Assembly: GCA_964468895.1 (NCBI GenBank)
Contig: CAYXWT010000009.1
Location: 6,807 to 12,632 of the forward strand
DNA: 5,826 nt
DNA from: an uncultured archaeon
GTDB taxonomy: Archaea; Iainarchaeota; Iainarchaeia; Iainarchaeales; CSSED10-239
Reading direction: 5' to 3'
Below are positions 5,798 to 5,826 of this stretch, piece by piece. A model generated the notes under the pieces. That model saw only the letters and a program-made list of their open reading frames with translations. It did not search any database and was not told where the DNA came from. Position 1 is the stretch's first letter, and each line of letters starts with the position of its first letter. The position numbers and the translations under genes are program-made.

Positions 5798-5803
5798 AGG
5801 TGG
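5798..5803 (+). promoter_or_regulatory. Shine-Dalgarno site (AGGTGG) of the next gene
   Basis: AGGTGG lies 5-6 nt upstream of ATG 5809. Confidence 0.5.
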
Positions 5804-5808
5804 TACTT

Positions 5809-5826
5809 ATGAGAAAAATTGTTTAT
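5809..5826 (+). CDS. Start of the next gene (3'-truncated by the window edge), probably exosome RNA-binding subunit Rrp4
   Basis: A good SD plus ATG is followed by MRKIVY, open to the window end. In the conserved archaeal superoperon the gene after SBDS is Rrp4, and archaeal Rrp4 proteins often begin M(R/K)KIV.PGD. Only 6 codons are visible, so the product call is essentially synteny-based. Confidence 0.35.

Noticed and set aside
1-5826. Additional structured RNA genes (RNase P RNA, SRP RNA, C/D sRNAs), CRISPR repeats or a defence/toxin system
   Set aside because: The tRNA stands out as a clear GC-rich island, and I see no other such island in any intergenic region. I also see no spaced direct repeats, and no ORF without a housekeeping assignment apart from the DsbA-like protein.

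Overview
This is a very AT-rich, all plus-strand stretch of archaeal housekeeping genes. The archaeal assignment rests on three points: Pop5/Rpp30 RNase P protein subunits, a proteasome alpha subunit and an SBDS homolog occur together; GGTG-type Shine-Dalgarno sites are present; and genes are packed in operon style with overlaps. The lineage cannot be fixed from the sequence; a low-GC, possibly DPANN-like archaeon is only a guess.

Gene order:
- the 3' part of a multi-domain DsbA/thioredoxin-fold protein, open to the left window edge
- tRNA-Arg(UCU)
- arginyl-tRNA synthetase, starting 14 nt after the tRNA
- RNase P protein Rpp30, with a GTG start 6 nt after the argS stop
- RNase P protein Pop5, overlapping Rpp30 by 11 nt
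- a 160-nt AT-rich gap
- proteasome alpha subunit
- SBDS/Sdo1 ribosome maturation factor
- the first 6 codons of the next gene, probably exosome Rrp4

The Rpp30-Pop5-PsmA-SBDS-(Rrp4) order matches the known archaeal exosome/proteasome superoperon. All six stop codons in the window are TAA, and the standard genetic code fits. I see no CRISPR array, mobile element, toxin/defence gene or obvious novel multi-gene system, and I do not want to oversell this window.

The points worth a second look are:
- the tRNA-Arg / ArgRS / RNase P-subunit string grafted onto the superoperon
- the obligatory non-AUG start of Rpp30
- the out-of-order half-domain architecture of the DsbA-like protein

All protein identities come from remembered family motifs and synteny, not from a database search.
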